A stretch of DNA of 64,000 nt, from assembly GCA_018644665.1 (NCBI GenBank), contig JABGQA010000077.1, positions 3,263 to 67,262 on the forward strand, given 5' to 3'. The notes under the pieces were generated by a model. The model did not search any database and had not been told where the DNA came from. It saw nothing but the letters and a program-made list of their open reading frames with translations. This document shows positions 49,149 to 58,677 of this stretch, one piece after another. This stretch comes from Candidatus Poribacteria bacterium (GTDB lineage: Bacteria; Poribacteria; WGA-4E; GCA-2687025). Both the position numbers and the translations under genes were made by a program. How positions within the stretch are numbered: position 1 is the stretch's first letter; every line of letters starts with the position of its first letter.

Positions 49149-50594
49149 CTACGCCGCCTTCTCTCGCGGCGTGCGGCCCGTGAACAGAGCGATGAACGTC
49201 GCCGCAACACAGAGGATAGCAGCGAACGTGAACGCCGCGGCGTACGAGTTCGTCAGATCGTACACGCGTGCGCCGACTATGGGACCGACTATCCCGGCGA
49301 CTCCGTAGCCGGTGAACACAATCCCGTAGTTCGTGCCAAGGCCACGTGTGCCGAAGGTGTCAGCCGTGGCCGACGGGAGCAGCGCGAAGATCCCGCCGAA
49401 GTTGAAGCCAACCCAACCCGCGGCGACGAAGAAGAGGGTCGGACCGGTGAGGGCGTTTATGCCGAACATCATCACCGCCTGAAGGGCGAACATGGCGGCC
49501 ATGCTTCTGCTGCGACCGATGCGGTCGGACGCGGCGCCCCACAGTGTTCTGCCTGCGGCATTGCAGGCGGCAAGGACGGCGATCGCCGCGGCGCCCTGCG
49601 CGGCCGTGAGTCCCTGTAAGGTCGCGAACGGCTTGAGCTGCGTGATCGTCATCAGACCGGCAGTGGCGCCGAAGATGAACAGCACCCACAGGCGCCAGAA
49701 CTTCCAAGTGCGCAGCATGTCCTTCCAGTGCGTTTCCTCGCCGGCTTCCTTTGCCGCATGCCGGACGGCTCCCAGGTGGGCTTTCTCGTCATCGGACGGG
49801 TTCCGGAGAAGCAGGGCCCCGAGCGTCAAACCAACCGCGCAGACGATGCCGTGAACGAGGAAAAAGCTCGACCATCCGACGGCGTCGATCGCCCAGCGGG
49901 CCGAGGGCGCGAATATCATGGAGCCTGCGCCGAAACCCGCGACAGCGATGCCCGTGATGAGTCCACGATGCCTCGGGAACCACTTAACGCACGCTGTCAC
50001 CGGGGCGACGTAGCCGAAGCCGATACCGGCGCCTCCAAGGAATCCATAGGTGAGATAGAACATCCACAGCGAGTCGGACGCCGTCCCCTTGATCATCGTC
50101 TGAGCGACTAGGAGGGACGTCACGCCCACGCCGATCATGACGCCTATCTTAAGACCGTCGGCTAGGGGAGATCGCTTGCCGCCGGTAACGGCATGTATGA
50201 GTAGATAAAGGGCGATCGCTACGCCCGTGGTGACTATGCCGTGGACGACGTACATGCCCGCCAGCGACTGCATCTGGCTGACAGCGAGGAACGCCGCGGT
50301 GAGGAACCCGGCTCCTATCAGGCCCGTGAATCGAGGGCCGCGGCGGTCCAAGACGCCCCCAGCGAGGACCATCGTACCGGCGAACACTCCGAGGGATATG
50401 CTAGCAGTGGCGGTTATCTGCGTTCGCGACCACCCGAACGCGCTCTCGAACGGTTCTACGAGGACACTAAAAGCGTATACTGTGCCCAGAATCATCTGGA
50501 TGAGCAGCGCCCCACCAACCACCCCCCAACGGCCGAGGGACAGGACGCCCGCGCCTGAGACATCTCGCGTATCTACTGCTAATGTACGGGACAT
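49149..50594 (-). CDS. MFS transporter, oxalate/formate antiporter (OFA) family
   Basis: GTVYAFS, DRRGPR, GIGFGY...KWFPRHRGLITG, NAAGRTLWGAASDRIGR, FGTRGLGTNYG. Confidence 0.9.
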   Translation of the reverse strand: MSRTLAVDTRDVSGAGVLSLGRWGVVGGALLIQMILGTVYAFSVLVEPFESAFGWSRTQITATASISLGVFAGTMVLAGGVLDRRGPRFTGLIGAGFLTAAFLAVSQMQSLAGMYVVHGIVTTGVAIALYLLIHAVTGGKRSPLADGLKIGVMIGVGVTSLLVAQTMIKGTASDSLWMFYLTYGFLGGAGIGFGYVAPVTACVKWFPRHRGLITGIAVAGFGAGSMIFAPSARWAIDAVGWSSFFLVHGIVCAVGLTLGALLLRNPSDDEKAHLGAVRHAAKEAGEETHWKDMLRTWKFWRLWVLFIFGATAGLMTITQLKPFATLQGLTAAQGAAAIAVLAACNAAGRTLWGAASDRIGRSRSMAAMFALQAVMMFGINALTGPTLFFVAAGWVGFNFGGIFALLPSATADTFGTRGLGTNYGIVFTGYGVAGIVGPIVGARVYDLTNSYAAAFTFAAILCVAATFIALFTGRTPREKAA

Positions 50595-50644
50595 TATATA
50601 TATTCCGGCCCAGAAAGGCCCTCCGCGAGGGAGGGCCGGTTAGA

Positions 50645-50965
50645 TCATGCGGTCTGTGCATCGATCAACCCCGAGGGCAGGTCACTGGCCTCGGGCCACG
50701 GGTCGTATTCCTCGGACAGGCTACAGGTGACCGCCAGTCCACAGAGGTCCATGCCGATGACGTGTTCGCGTAACTCCTCCTCGATGACCCTGCGCATCGC
50801 GAGGTATGTGCCGGGCGCGCGCGCGTCAACCGGCAACTGGGGGGCTAGACCCCTCCACACCTTGTTGGTCAGATGACGGACGAACACGAGCAGGTCGGGA
50901 TCGTCCAGCTTCAAGTGATACTGCCGATTCGGCGATGTTTCGCCGGGTGCCTCCAATTCTTCCAT
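50645..50965 (-). CDS. hypothetical protein
   Basis: 106 aa ORF with a GGAGG RBS and a downstream hairpin near 50605-50640. Confidence 0.6.
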   Translation of the reverse strand: MEELEAPGETSPNRQYHLKLDDPDLLVFVRHLTNKVWRGLAPQLPVDARAPGTYLAMRRVIEEELREHVIGMDLCGLAVTCSLSEEYDPWPEASDLPSGLIDAQTA

Positions 50966-50988
50966 GATCCCATGGTCCTCCGAATCGC

Positions 50989-51171
50989 TCAGCTAGGCTT
51001 CTCGACGCGCACCTGCGACCGGTCCGGCGAGACCCACGCCGCCACCTGGTCAGGGTGCGTCGCGAGCCACCAGAGCGCGACTCCCAGGAGGAGGAGCACC
51101 CCTATCATCGCCCCCAGCACCCAGTTCTTCTCAATGAGACCCTTTTCAGTCCGTTCCTCTGACTCGGCCAT
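50989..51171 (-). CDS. small single-TM protein
   Basis: AAGGAG RBS; MAESEERTEKGLIEKNWVLGAMIGVLLLLGVALWWLA... Confidence 0.65.
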   Translation of the reverse strand: MAESEERTEKGLIEKNWVLGAMIGVLLLLGVALWWLATHPDQVAAWVSPDRSQVRVEKPS

Positions 51172-51582
51172 TGCCGGCTCCTTCGTCTCGCGCGCCCGAC
51201 CCGACGGGTCGGGCCTCTGCCCAATGAATAGCCGACCGGTCGTTGGCGTCCAAGTGCTGACGACGACACCTACGGCGCCTTCTCGCGACCTTCCCGACCG
51301 GCTCCCGATTTTCTCCGGCGAGGGTCTTGCACGGTCCGAAACCGGGGCTATTGTAGAGGTGAAGCGGCAATGAACGGGACAGAAACACGAGAGCCGTTCA
51401 CGATACGTAAGCGGGAACAGCAATGAACGGGCAGGGGCGGGACGCCTAGCTCTGGTGGCGAAAGCGTTTCCCCTTGTCCGTGTTTTGCTACCGGCCTCTG
51501 TGCCAATGGACGGCCGCTCCCGGCGCATGCCGCTGAGCCGACTGCCGTAACGAACTGTGGAGGGGACGCCTATGGTGTGTTA

Positions 51583-51756
51583 CTCGCCCCGGGTTCGTCG
51601 CTACGGCGCACAGAGAGACCGCTGAGCGGATATCGTCGCCGGAACCCTCCGGCGTAAGGGCCGACGCCCACTGCAACGGTGGGGCCTCGCTCATGGTCGA
51701 GGAATGTCGGCGCCATCGGAGAAACGCGCGGGCGATGACCGGGGCCTGCGGACGAG
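51583..51756 (+). ncRNA. candidate structured ncRNA, 6S-RNA-like
   Basis: Nested helices 51586-92/51739-45, 51595-602/51731-38, 51605-09/51710-14 and 51617-29/51687-98 around an internal bubble, plus two apical hairpins; TATGGT just upstream and a terminator downstream. Confidence 0.4.
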
Positions 51757-51779
51757 ATCAATGACGGAACGACGAGCAG

Positions 51780-51813
51780 GAAGGGGAGCGCTCAGCCTTG
51801 GGCGTTCCCCTTC
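51780..51813. terminator. strong hairpin, probably a bidirectional terminator
   Basis: 15-bp stem GAAGGGGAGCGCTCA / TGGGCGTTCCCCTTC, just downstream of the minus-strand epimerase. Confidence 0.7.
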
Positions 51814-51837
51814 TAGTGCTCATGCGCTGGCAGGCGG

Positions 51838-52680
51838 CTAAGACCCGTGCAGGAATGACGCGATATCCGCAGCGTACTCCCGCTCGGAGTCGTCTTCCGG
51901 CGTGTAGTCAATGACTGCGCGCGCGTTCACGATGCTCCAGAACCCTCGGGCGTTGTCGGACACCCCGTAGAATATCTGGAACGGGACACCATGTTCGTCC
52001 CGGATGTCGGGTGTGTCGATAGACTTCTCGAACAGTTGCCGCATGTCGCGAGGCGATATCCACGCACCAAGATCCCGCTTGTACCGCGCCGGATCGCCGC
52101 CCACGAATCTCTCCAGTAGGATCGGCCGAGGCGCCCCGATGCGGACCATCACCACCTCTAGCGTCGAGCCGAGCTTGCCTGTAGCGTAGACGAACCCGAG
52201 GTGTTCGTAGACGGCCTTCGCCCAGCCGTACAGGTTGTCCGAGAGAGGGAACGTGTCCGGGGCGACGACATCCATTCCCCCGGAGTGCAGCAGCGGCTCG
52301 TACCAGTCGGCGGCATGGTTGGAGGACGCGACCACGACGCGGCTCACCCCTTCCATCTGCGCCAATTCGAAGACGTTCCGCGCCATGCGGACGTTGTCCA
52401 TCTCCGCGTCGAATTTCCCGTCGTCTCCGTACGACGCGGACGCGCTACCGCGGAAGCCGCAGTGCACGATGGCGTCGGCGCCCCGGAACAGCTCGCGGTG
52501 TGACTCCAGGTCGGTGTCTAGCAGGTCGGCGATGTGCAGTCCGGGTACGGTGTCGCCTGCGCGGGTTCCGTCCGTGATGTCCACCGTCACGAGGTCATAC
52601 TTGTCCCTGAACTGCGGGACCAACTGCGACGCGATGTACCCCGCCGCGCCGACCACGACTACGCGCTTCTTCGTTGCCAA
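51838..52680 (-). CDS. NAD-dependent epimerase/dehydrogenase (uronate dehydrogenase-like)
   Basis: VVGAAGYIA, VVASSNHA, YGWAK, VRIG, W.SPRD, YGVSDN; TTG start after an AGAGGAG RBS. Confidence 0.85.
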   Translation of the reverse strand: MATKKRVVVVGAAGYIASQLVPQFRDKYDLVTVDITDGTRAGDTVPGLHIADLLDTDLESHRELFRGADAIVHCGFRGSASASYGDDGKFDAEMDNVRMARNVFELAQMEGVSRVVVASSNHAADWYEPLLHSGGMDVVAPDTFPLSDNLYGWAKAVYEHLGFVYATGKLGSTLEVVMVRIGAPRPILLERFVGGDPARYKRDLGAWISPRDMRQLFEKSIDTPDIRDEHGVPFQIFYGVSDNARGFWSIVNARAVIDYTPEDDSEREYAADIASFLHGS

Positions 52681-52786
52681 CGGATGTCTCCTCTGAGGCG
52701 CCGCGAGCCCGGCCATGTCGTGACCCGACTGCTGGCCTACGCTATGATTCCTATGTTCCGACCCGACACATCAAGAGAGACCCCGC

Positions 52787-54013
52787 TTGTCCCTGCCTGG
52801 ACCACCGCCCGCCGACTCCGGGCCAATCGAGTCGGTGTGGCGATCTCGCGACTTCCGTGTGTGCTGGGGTTTGACCGCGCTGTTCAACGTGGCGTGGGGC
52901 GTAGTGTTTCCACTGCGCAATCTGTATTTCCGCGAGCCGTGGATCGGCCTGAGTTTCCAGCAAATCGGCTGGCTGGGCTTCGTGCGCTCGGCGACGATGG
53001 CGTCGGTCCCGCTGCTCTTCGGCATTCTCTCCGACCGCTCAGGCCGCCGCAAGCCGTGGATCATGGGCGGATTCCTGCTGTCGAGCGCCGCGACGGCCCT
53101 GTACCTGGTCAGCCACACGTACTGGCAACTCGTGGGCGTGACGTTCCTCACGGCGGTGGCGTTCATCGCCTACAACCTGAACGTCAACGCGCTCGTGACC
53201 ACGACACTGCACGACAAGGCCCGCGGTCGCCAGTATGGCCAGTACCGCGTCTCTGGCAGCATAGGCTACGCTCTCGCCACCTTCGCCCTCATCCCGCTCG
53301 TAGCGCTGGACAAGACGTACTCCGCGACCTTCCTCAGCGGCGCGGGAATCTACCTCGCCTGCCTCATCGTGGCATTCCTGGGCATCAAGGAGACCCCGGC
53401 GACCGGCGAGGCCGCATCTCAATGGGGCGCGTGGCGCGAGGTACTGCGCGAACGCAACCTGGTCATTCTGTACGCCTGCCTCGCGGTCAGCTCGATCGGC
53501 ACTTCGATGGGGTTCCAGTTCCTCTCGAACCACCTCGACGAGACGTTCCACCTTTCGAAGACATCGATCGGTCGCATCGTCGGGCTGGCCTCGATTCTGG
53601 AGATCCCCGCGCTCATCGGTCTCGGCTGGGCGTCCGGCCGCTGGGGGCGCAAGCCGATCCTCGCGCTGGCGTTCATCATGGGTGGCGTGCGGTGGAGCCT
53701 CATCGGACTGGCGCCGTCGCTGGGCTGGGTCGTCGTCGCTCAGTTCCTGTGGGGCATGGGATTCGCTGGCTACACAGTGGGTGTCGCGCTGATTACGGAT
53801 CTCGTGCGGCCGGCCGCCCGGGGCAGCGCGATGGGCATGCTGCAACTGTCGTGGGCGTTCGGGAGCATCCTCGGCCCGCCACTCGGGGGCTATCTGGCCG
53901 AGCACATCGGTCTGCCGATCGTGTTCCGGGTCGGCGGCGCCTTCGCGATTGCCGGCGGAGTCGGCCTGCTAGCGTTCCTGCGCCCACCGGATGCCGTGGA
54001 CGCGACGGCGTGA
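52787..54013 (+). CDS. MFS transporter (paralog 1 of 3)
   Basis: About 12 TM, GILSDRSGRRKP motif A, YGQYRVSGSIG, RGSAMG; TTG start. Confidence 0.9.
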   Translation: MSLPGPPPADSGPIESVWRSRDFRVCWGLTALFNVAWGVVFPLRNLYFREPWIGLSFQQIGWLGFVRSATMASVPLLFGILSDRSGRRKPWIMGGFLLSSAATALYLVSHTYWQLVGVTFLTAVAFIAYNLNVNALVTTTLHDKARGRQYGQYRVSGSIGYALATFALIPLVALDKTYSATFLSGAGIYLACLIVAFLGIKETPATGEAASQWGAWREVLRERNLVILYACLAVSSIGTSMGFQFLSNHLDETFHLSKTSIGRIVGLASILEIPALIGLGWASGRWGRKPILALAFIMGGVRWSLIGLAPSLGWVVVAQFLWGMGFAGYTVGVALITDLVRPAARGSAMGMLQLSWAFGSILGPPLGGYLAEHIGLPIVFRVGGAFAIAGGVGLLAFLRPPDAVDATA

Positions 54014-54072
54014 GGGAGCGTGCGGTCTCCATGCGAGCCACGACGGCTCAGCCGCGTTAGGAGAGCATCGGG

Positions 54073-55314
54073 TTGTCGCTGTTTGCATCTCAGCCCACAG
54101 ACCACGGCCCACCGGGATCGGTGTGGCGGTCGCGCGATTTCCGCACGTGCTGGATGCTGTCGGCCACGTTCGGAATCGCGTGGGGTCTCGTGTGGCCGCT
54201 TCGCAACCTGTATTTCCGCGATCCGGCGGTCGGGCTGAGCCTACAGCAGATCGGGTGGCTGGGGTTCGTCCGGTCAGCGACGATGGCGTCGCTACCGCTT
54301 GTCATAGGGATCCTGTCCGACGGCTCAGGTCGACGCAAGCCGTGGATTGTGTGGGGCTTCGCTCTGTCGAGCGTCAGCGCCGCGTTGTACTTGTCGGCGC
54401 ATGGCTTCTGGTCGCTCGCGGTGGTGACGTTTGTGAATGCGCTCGCGTTCGTCGCATACAACGTCAACGTCAACGCCCTTGTCACCACGACACTGCACGA
54501 CCACGCTAGAGGGCGGCAATTCGGCCTATACCGGGTGTCGGGCAGCATCGGGTACGCCGTCGCGAACTTCCTCGTGATCCCGTTCGCCGCGCTCGACCCG
54601 ACATACGCCGCCACGTTCCTCACGGGCGCGTTGATCTACCTGACGTGCATGGTCATCGCGCTCGTGCGCGTGCACGAGCCGCCGGCCAAGGAGGGCGCGC
54701 CGTCTCAGTGGGGCGCGTGGCGCGAGGTGCTGGCCGAGCGTAACCTTGTCGTGCTCTATGTGTTCATGGCGGTCAGCGCGATCGGGACGTCGATGGGGAT
54801 GCAGTTCATGGCGAACCACCTCGACGAGACGTTCCACCTGTCGAAGGCTTGGATCGGCCGTGTGATCGGGTTGGCCGCGGTGATCGAGATTCCGGCGCTC
54901 ATCCTGTTGGGGCGCGCTTCCGACCGCTGGGGTCGGAAGCCGATACTCGTGTTCGCATTCATCGTGGGAGGCGTGCGGTGGGTGTTGGTCGGCATGGCGC
55001 CGAACGTGGGATGGGTCGCCGTCGCCCAGGTGATGTGGGGGCTCGGCTTCGCGGGGTATACCGTGAGCGTGGCGCTCATCACGGACCTTGTGAAACCCGC
55101 GGCGCGTGGCAGCGCCATGGGTATGCTGCAGCTCTCATGGGCGTTCGGGAGCGTCATCGGCCCGCCGATCGGCGGCTACATCGCGCAGAACATCGGCTTG
55201 CCGGTCGTGTTCCGTGTGGGTGGTGGCTTTGCGATCCTGGGCGGGCTCGGGCTGCTATTCATGCTGCGCGCGCCGGGCTCGGCGCCGGGCGCTGCGCACG
55301 AAGCGACCCGATGA
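54073..55314 (+). CDS. MFS transporter (paralog 2 of 3)
   Basis: Same motifs as, and strong similarity to, both neighbours; TTG start after AGGAG. Confidence 0.9.
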   Translation: MSLFASQPTDHGPPGSVWRSRDFRTCWMLSATFGIAWGLVWPLRNLYFRDPAVGLSLQQIGWLGFVRSATMASLPLVIGILSDGSGRRKPWIVWGFALSSVSAALYLSAHGFWSLAVVTFVNALAFVAYNVNVNALVTTTLHDHARGRQFGLYRVSGSIGYAVANFLVIPFAALDPTYAATFLTGALIYLTCMVIALVRVHEPPAKEGAPSQWGAWREVLAERNLVVLYVFMAVSAIGTSMGMQFMANHLDETFHLSKAWIGRVIGLAAVIEIPALILLGRASDRWGRKPILVFAFIVGGVRWVLVGMAPNVGWVAVAQVMWGLGFAGYTVSVALITDLVKPAARGSAMGMLQLSWAFGSVIGPPIGGYIAQNIGLPVVFRVGGGFAILGGLGLLFMLRAPGSAPGAAHEATR

Positions 55315-55367
55315 GCGACCAATCGCGCCGTGCCATACAGCCACCACCGCACTAGGAGGGCATCGGC

Positions 55368-56603
55368 TTGGCCGCGTCCGAAGCGCCTCCCACGGCGCAG
55401 GAACCGCAGGGATCCGGGTGGCAGTCGCGCGACTTCCGCACATGTTGGTTTCTAACCGTCGCGCTAGGAACGGCGGCGGGGATCGTCTGGCCGCTACGAA
55501 GCCTGTACTTTCGCGCGCCGTGGATCGGCCTCAGCCTCCAGCAGATAGGCTGGCTTGGATTCGTCCGCTCCGCGACGACGACCGCGCTCCCGCTCCTCGT
55601 CGGGGTGATGTCGGATCGGTCGGGCCGGCGCAAGCCATGGATCGTGGGCGGGCTCGGACTCGCGAGCGTCGCCTCTGCGCTGTACCTCGTGTCCCACAGC
55701 TTCTGGCCGCTCGCGTTCGTGACGTTCTGTTCGTCGGCTGCGATGGTGGCGTACGGCCTCAACCTGAGCGCCCTCGTGACCAACACGCTGCACGACGGCG
55801 CGCGGGGAAGGCAGTACGGCTTGTACCGGGTCTCCGGCAGCATCGGGTTCGCCGTTACCAGCCTCGGGCTCCTTCCTATCGTGGCACTCGATACAACGTA
55901 CGCGGCCGCCTTCCTATCGGGGGCGGTCATATACCTCGTGTGCTGCGCGGTGAGCGGCGTGAAACTCCTCGACACGGCCGCGCCGGTCGCGGACTCACTG
56001 CGGTGGGGCGCATGGCGTGAAGTGTTGGCCGAGCGCAATCTCGTCGTGCTCTACGTCTGGATGGCGGTGAGCGCCGTCGGCGGGTCCATGGGCATGCAGT
56101 TCATGGCGAACCACCTCGACGAGACGTTCCACCTGTCGAAGGCGTGGGTAGGTCGCATGATGGGACTGGCCGCGGTGATCGAAATCCCAGCCATCCTGTT
56201 TCTGGGGCGCCTATCCGATCGGTGGGGCCGCAAGCCTATCCTCGTCTTCGCGTTCATCGCGGGCGGCGTGCGTTGGGGGCTCGTCGGTGTCGCGCCGAAC
56301 CTTGCGTGGATCGCCGTGGCTCAGGCGATGTGGGGCCTCGGCCTGGCCGGCGCCATCGTCAGCGTGGCGCTCATCACCGACCTCGTGAAGCCCGAGGCGC
56401 GGGGCACGGCGATGGGGATGCTGCAGCTTTCCTCAGCGTTCGGCAGCATCATCGGCCCGCCGATAGGAGGATACATCGCCCAGAACGTCGGCCTCCCGGT
56501 CGTCTTCCGCGTCAGCGGCGGCTTCTCGATTGTCGCCGGGATAGGCCTGCTGCTGATGCTGCGTCCGCCCGGCGGGGAACGTCAACCCGAGTCGCCGGCC
56601 TGA
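55368..56603 (+). CDS. MFS transporter (paralog 3 of 3)
   Basis: Same motifs; TTG start after AGGAGG. Confidence 0.9.
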   Translation: MAASEAPPTAQEPQGSGWQSRDFRTCWFLTVALGTAAGIVWPLRSLYFRAPWIGLSLQQIGWLGFVRSATTTALPLLVGVMSDRSGRRKPWIVGGLGLASVASALYLVSHSFWPLAFVTFCSSAAMVAYGLNLSALVTNTLHDGARGRQYGLYRVSGSIGFAVTSLGLLPIVALDTTYAAAFLSGAVIYLVCCAVSGVKLLDTAAPVADSLRWGAWREVLAERNLVVLYVWMAVSAVGGSMGMQFMANHLDETFHLSKAWVGRMMGLAAVIEIPAILFLGRLSDRWGRKPILVFAFIAGGVRWGLVGVAPNLAWIAVAQAMWGLGLAGAIVSVALITDLVKPEARGTAMGMLQLSSAFGSIIGPPIGGYIAQNVGLPVVFRVSGGFSIVAGIGLLLMLRPPGGERQPESPA

Positions 56604-57550
56604 CCCGAACCGCGAGGAGCCGGCATCGGCCCGGCGAAGGCTGTCGATGGCGTAAAGCCGGAACTCTCGTCGGCGACGACGTGATTCCGCAGCCGGCCAA
56701 TCCCCTCGATATCCACTTCCGTGACATCGCCGGGAACGAGGTAAACCGGCGGGTCCATGAAGTGCCCGACGCCGCCGGGGGTGCCGGTCATGATGACCGT
56801 GCCGGGGAGCAGCGTCATGTTGTGGGACAGGTAGGAGATGAGCGTCGGCACGTCGAAGATCAGGTGGCGCGTGTTCGACGACTGCATCGCCTCGCCGTTG
56901 AGGATCAGTCGGATGTCCAGGCCCGACGGGTCGAGACCGGTGGCGGCGTACGGCCCGAGCGGGCAGAACGTGTCGAACGACTTGCCGCGCACCCACTGGC
57001 CGTTCGGGGCCTCCAGTTGGGCGTCGCGCGCGCTGACGTCGTGACCGCACGTGTAGAAGCCCACGTACTCGAGCGCGTTCGCTGGCGTCACGTCACGCGC
57101 TTCATGACCGATGACGACCGCGAATTCTGCCTCGTAGTCCACCTGAGCCGGGGCCATGCGCGGGATGACGATCGTGTCTTCGTGACCGACGACCGACGCC
57201 GGGAACTTCACGAAAACCGTCGGCTCGGTAGGCTGTGGGCTGAGCGGCGCGCCAGAGGCGGCATTCGCGACGTTCAGTTCGTCCAGATGATCCTGGTAGT
57301 TCAGCCCGATCGCTAGGACGAGCGGGGGTCGACCAACGGGCGAGACGATCATCCCCGGCTCGGCCTGGAACGGCTCACCGCCGTCCGGGTCGCCGAACGC
57401 GGCCATCAGTGCGGGGTAATAGGCGGGATCGTGCTCTGGCGGTAGTTGGGCAAGCAGCGTGCCGGACGCGCGGCCGTCGTCGTCCGACCGTTCGACCGTA
57501 CCCCACGTCGGAACGCCATCGTCGCCCAGGAATCGAACGAACGTGCCCAT
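56582..57550 (-). CDS. fumarylacetoacetate hydrolase family protein
   Basis: IGLNYQDH, EPTVFVK, VDYEAE, HDVSARD, GKSFDTFCPLGP, TGTPGGVG. Confidence 0.92.
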   Translation of the reverse strand: MGTFVRFLGDDGVPTWGTVERSDDDGRASGTLLAQLPPEHDPAYYPALMAAFGDPDGGEPFQAEPGMIVSPVGRPPLVLAIGLNYQDHLDELNVANAASGAPLSPQPTEPTVFVKFPASVVGHEDTIVIPRMAPAQVDYEAEFAVVIGHEARDVTPANALEYVGFYTCGHDVSARDAQLEAPNGQWVRGKSFDTFCPLGPYAATGLDPSGLDIRLILNGEAMQSSNTRHLIFDVPTLISYLSHNMTLLPGTVIMTGTPGGVGHFMDPPVYLVPGDVTEVDIEGIGRLRNHVVADESSGFTPSTAFAGPMPAPRGSGQAGDSG

Positions 57551-57597
57551 CGTCTGTTACCTGCCTCGTTTGGTCTGGTCCGGTCGGCCGGACGGTG

Positions 57598-57626
57598 AGT
57601 ATAGGCGCCGTGTTAAGGGCTGTCAA
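57598..57626 (-). promoter_or_regulatory. consensus sigma-70 promoter for the FAH gene
   Basis: TTGACA (57626-57621), 17 bp spacer, TATACT (57603-57598) on the minus strand. Confidence 0.75.
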
Positions 57627-57653
57627 CGCCCATCGCAGGCGGCACGCGAGGAC

Positions 57654-57690
57654 TTGACGTCGGCGCGCCGTATCCGTACCGTGCTACCAT
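57654..57690 (+). promoter_or_regulatory. sigma-70 promoter for secreted paralog 1
   Basis: TTGACG-17bp-TACCGT with an overlapping extended -10 TGCTACCAT. Confidence 0.55.
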
Positions 57691-57763
57691 GGAACGTCCG
57701 CTCGGCGGCAGCGGACAGGCTTGTGTCGTACGCTCGTTCGCGCACATCAAGGGGGAATCCCAT

Positions 57764-58519
57764 ATGCCGAAGCGCATGATTCTGGGTATCGCATTGGCGG
57801 CTGGCCTCGCGGCCGCGCCGGCGTTCGCGGTCGACTTCCAGCACACGGGTGACGACGGCTGGATTGAGGGGTGGCTATCGATGGAAGTCGTCATGAATAA
57901 CGGCGGCTTCGCGGCCTCCGGCGCGATCGACTTCCTGTCCGATGGCACAGACGGGGACATCACCCACGAAAGCGTCTCGACGGCAAAGGGGCTCCGGAAG
58001 CTGGCCACTGCCGAGGTGAAACTGGACAAGGCGCACTCCGGCTTCGGGATGGGTGAAGACGGTGTCTGGGACTGGGAACCCATCACGATCGACACGAACA
58101 ACGGCGACAACATGGCGACGTCGTGGGGTCTAGCCGCGGGATCCGACAACATCGAATGGCACGGCATTCTCGTGATGAAGTCGTCCAAGAACCGCACGGC
58201 GACGATGCATCCGGCCCACGACGACTACGCCCAGATATGGATAAACGGCGAGCAGGTATACGACAACGACCAGTGGACCGGCGCCGTTCGCCAGGTGACG
58301 CGGCCGACAGACGTCGAGTTGGTGGCGGGAGACAACGTCCTGCTGTTCAAGTGCGGCGAATCTGGCGGGTCCGCCTACGTGAACCTGCGCTTCGAAGACA
58401 GCGAAAGCGACATCGACATCGTCCCGACCGTGGATGGCGAGTTCTGGAACTTCGCAGGGCTGGCCGTCGAGGCGCAGGACAAGGCCGCAACTACGTGGGC
58501 CGGTCTGAAGTCGCGCTAG
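57764..58519 (+). CDS. secreted PA14/jelly-roll-like protein with C-terminal tail (paralog 1)
   Basis: Signal peptide ending AFA, NNGGFAASG, HPAHDDYAQIWING, GDNVLLFKCGE, tail AVEAQDKAATTWAGLK. Confidence 0.85.
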   Translation: MPKRMILGIALAAGLAAAPAFAVDFQHTGDDGWIEGWLSMEVVMNNGGFAASGAIDFLSDGTDGDITHESVSTAKGLRKLATAEVKLDKAHSGFGMGEDGVWDWEPITIDTNNGDNMATSWGLAAGSDNIEWHGILVMKSSKNRTATMHPAHDDYAQIWINGEQVYDNDQWTGAVRQVTRPTDVELVAGDNVLLFKCGESGGSAYVNLRFEDSESDIDIVPTVDGEFWNFAGLAVEAQDKAATTWAGLKSR

Positions 58520-58554
58520 TCTACTCCGCTGACAGACGGCGTCGTGCGGTCGTC

Positions 58555-58583
58555 TTGCGGCACACACGACGCCGTGCTACGGT
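58555..58583 (+). promoter_or_regulatory. sigma-70 promoter for paralog 2
   Basis: TTGCGG-17bp-TACGGT with TG extension. Confidence 0.55.
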
Positions 58584-58677
58584 CCCGGTTCGCCAGCTCG
58601 CGCTGGCAGGATAGGGAGCATCCGCCGCCCTGGCGGATGCCAACGCATGCACACACATGCGCACATAGGGGGTTTCC

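Noticed and set aside
51430-51780. tmRNA, RNase P, OLE RNA, group II intron or cobalamin riboswitch
   Set aside because: Only short isolated resemblances (CCACCA on the minus strand, GAGGAATGTC, TATGGTGTG); the other required conserved elements and lengths are missing.
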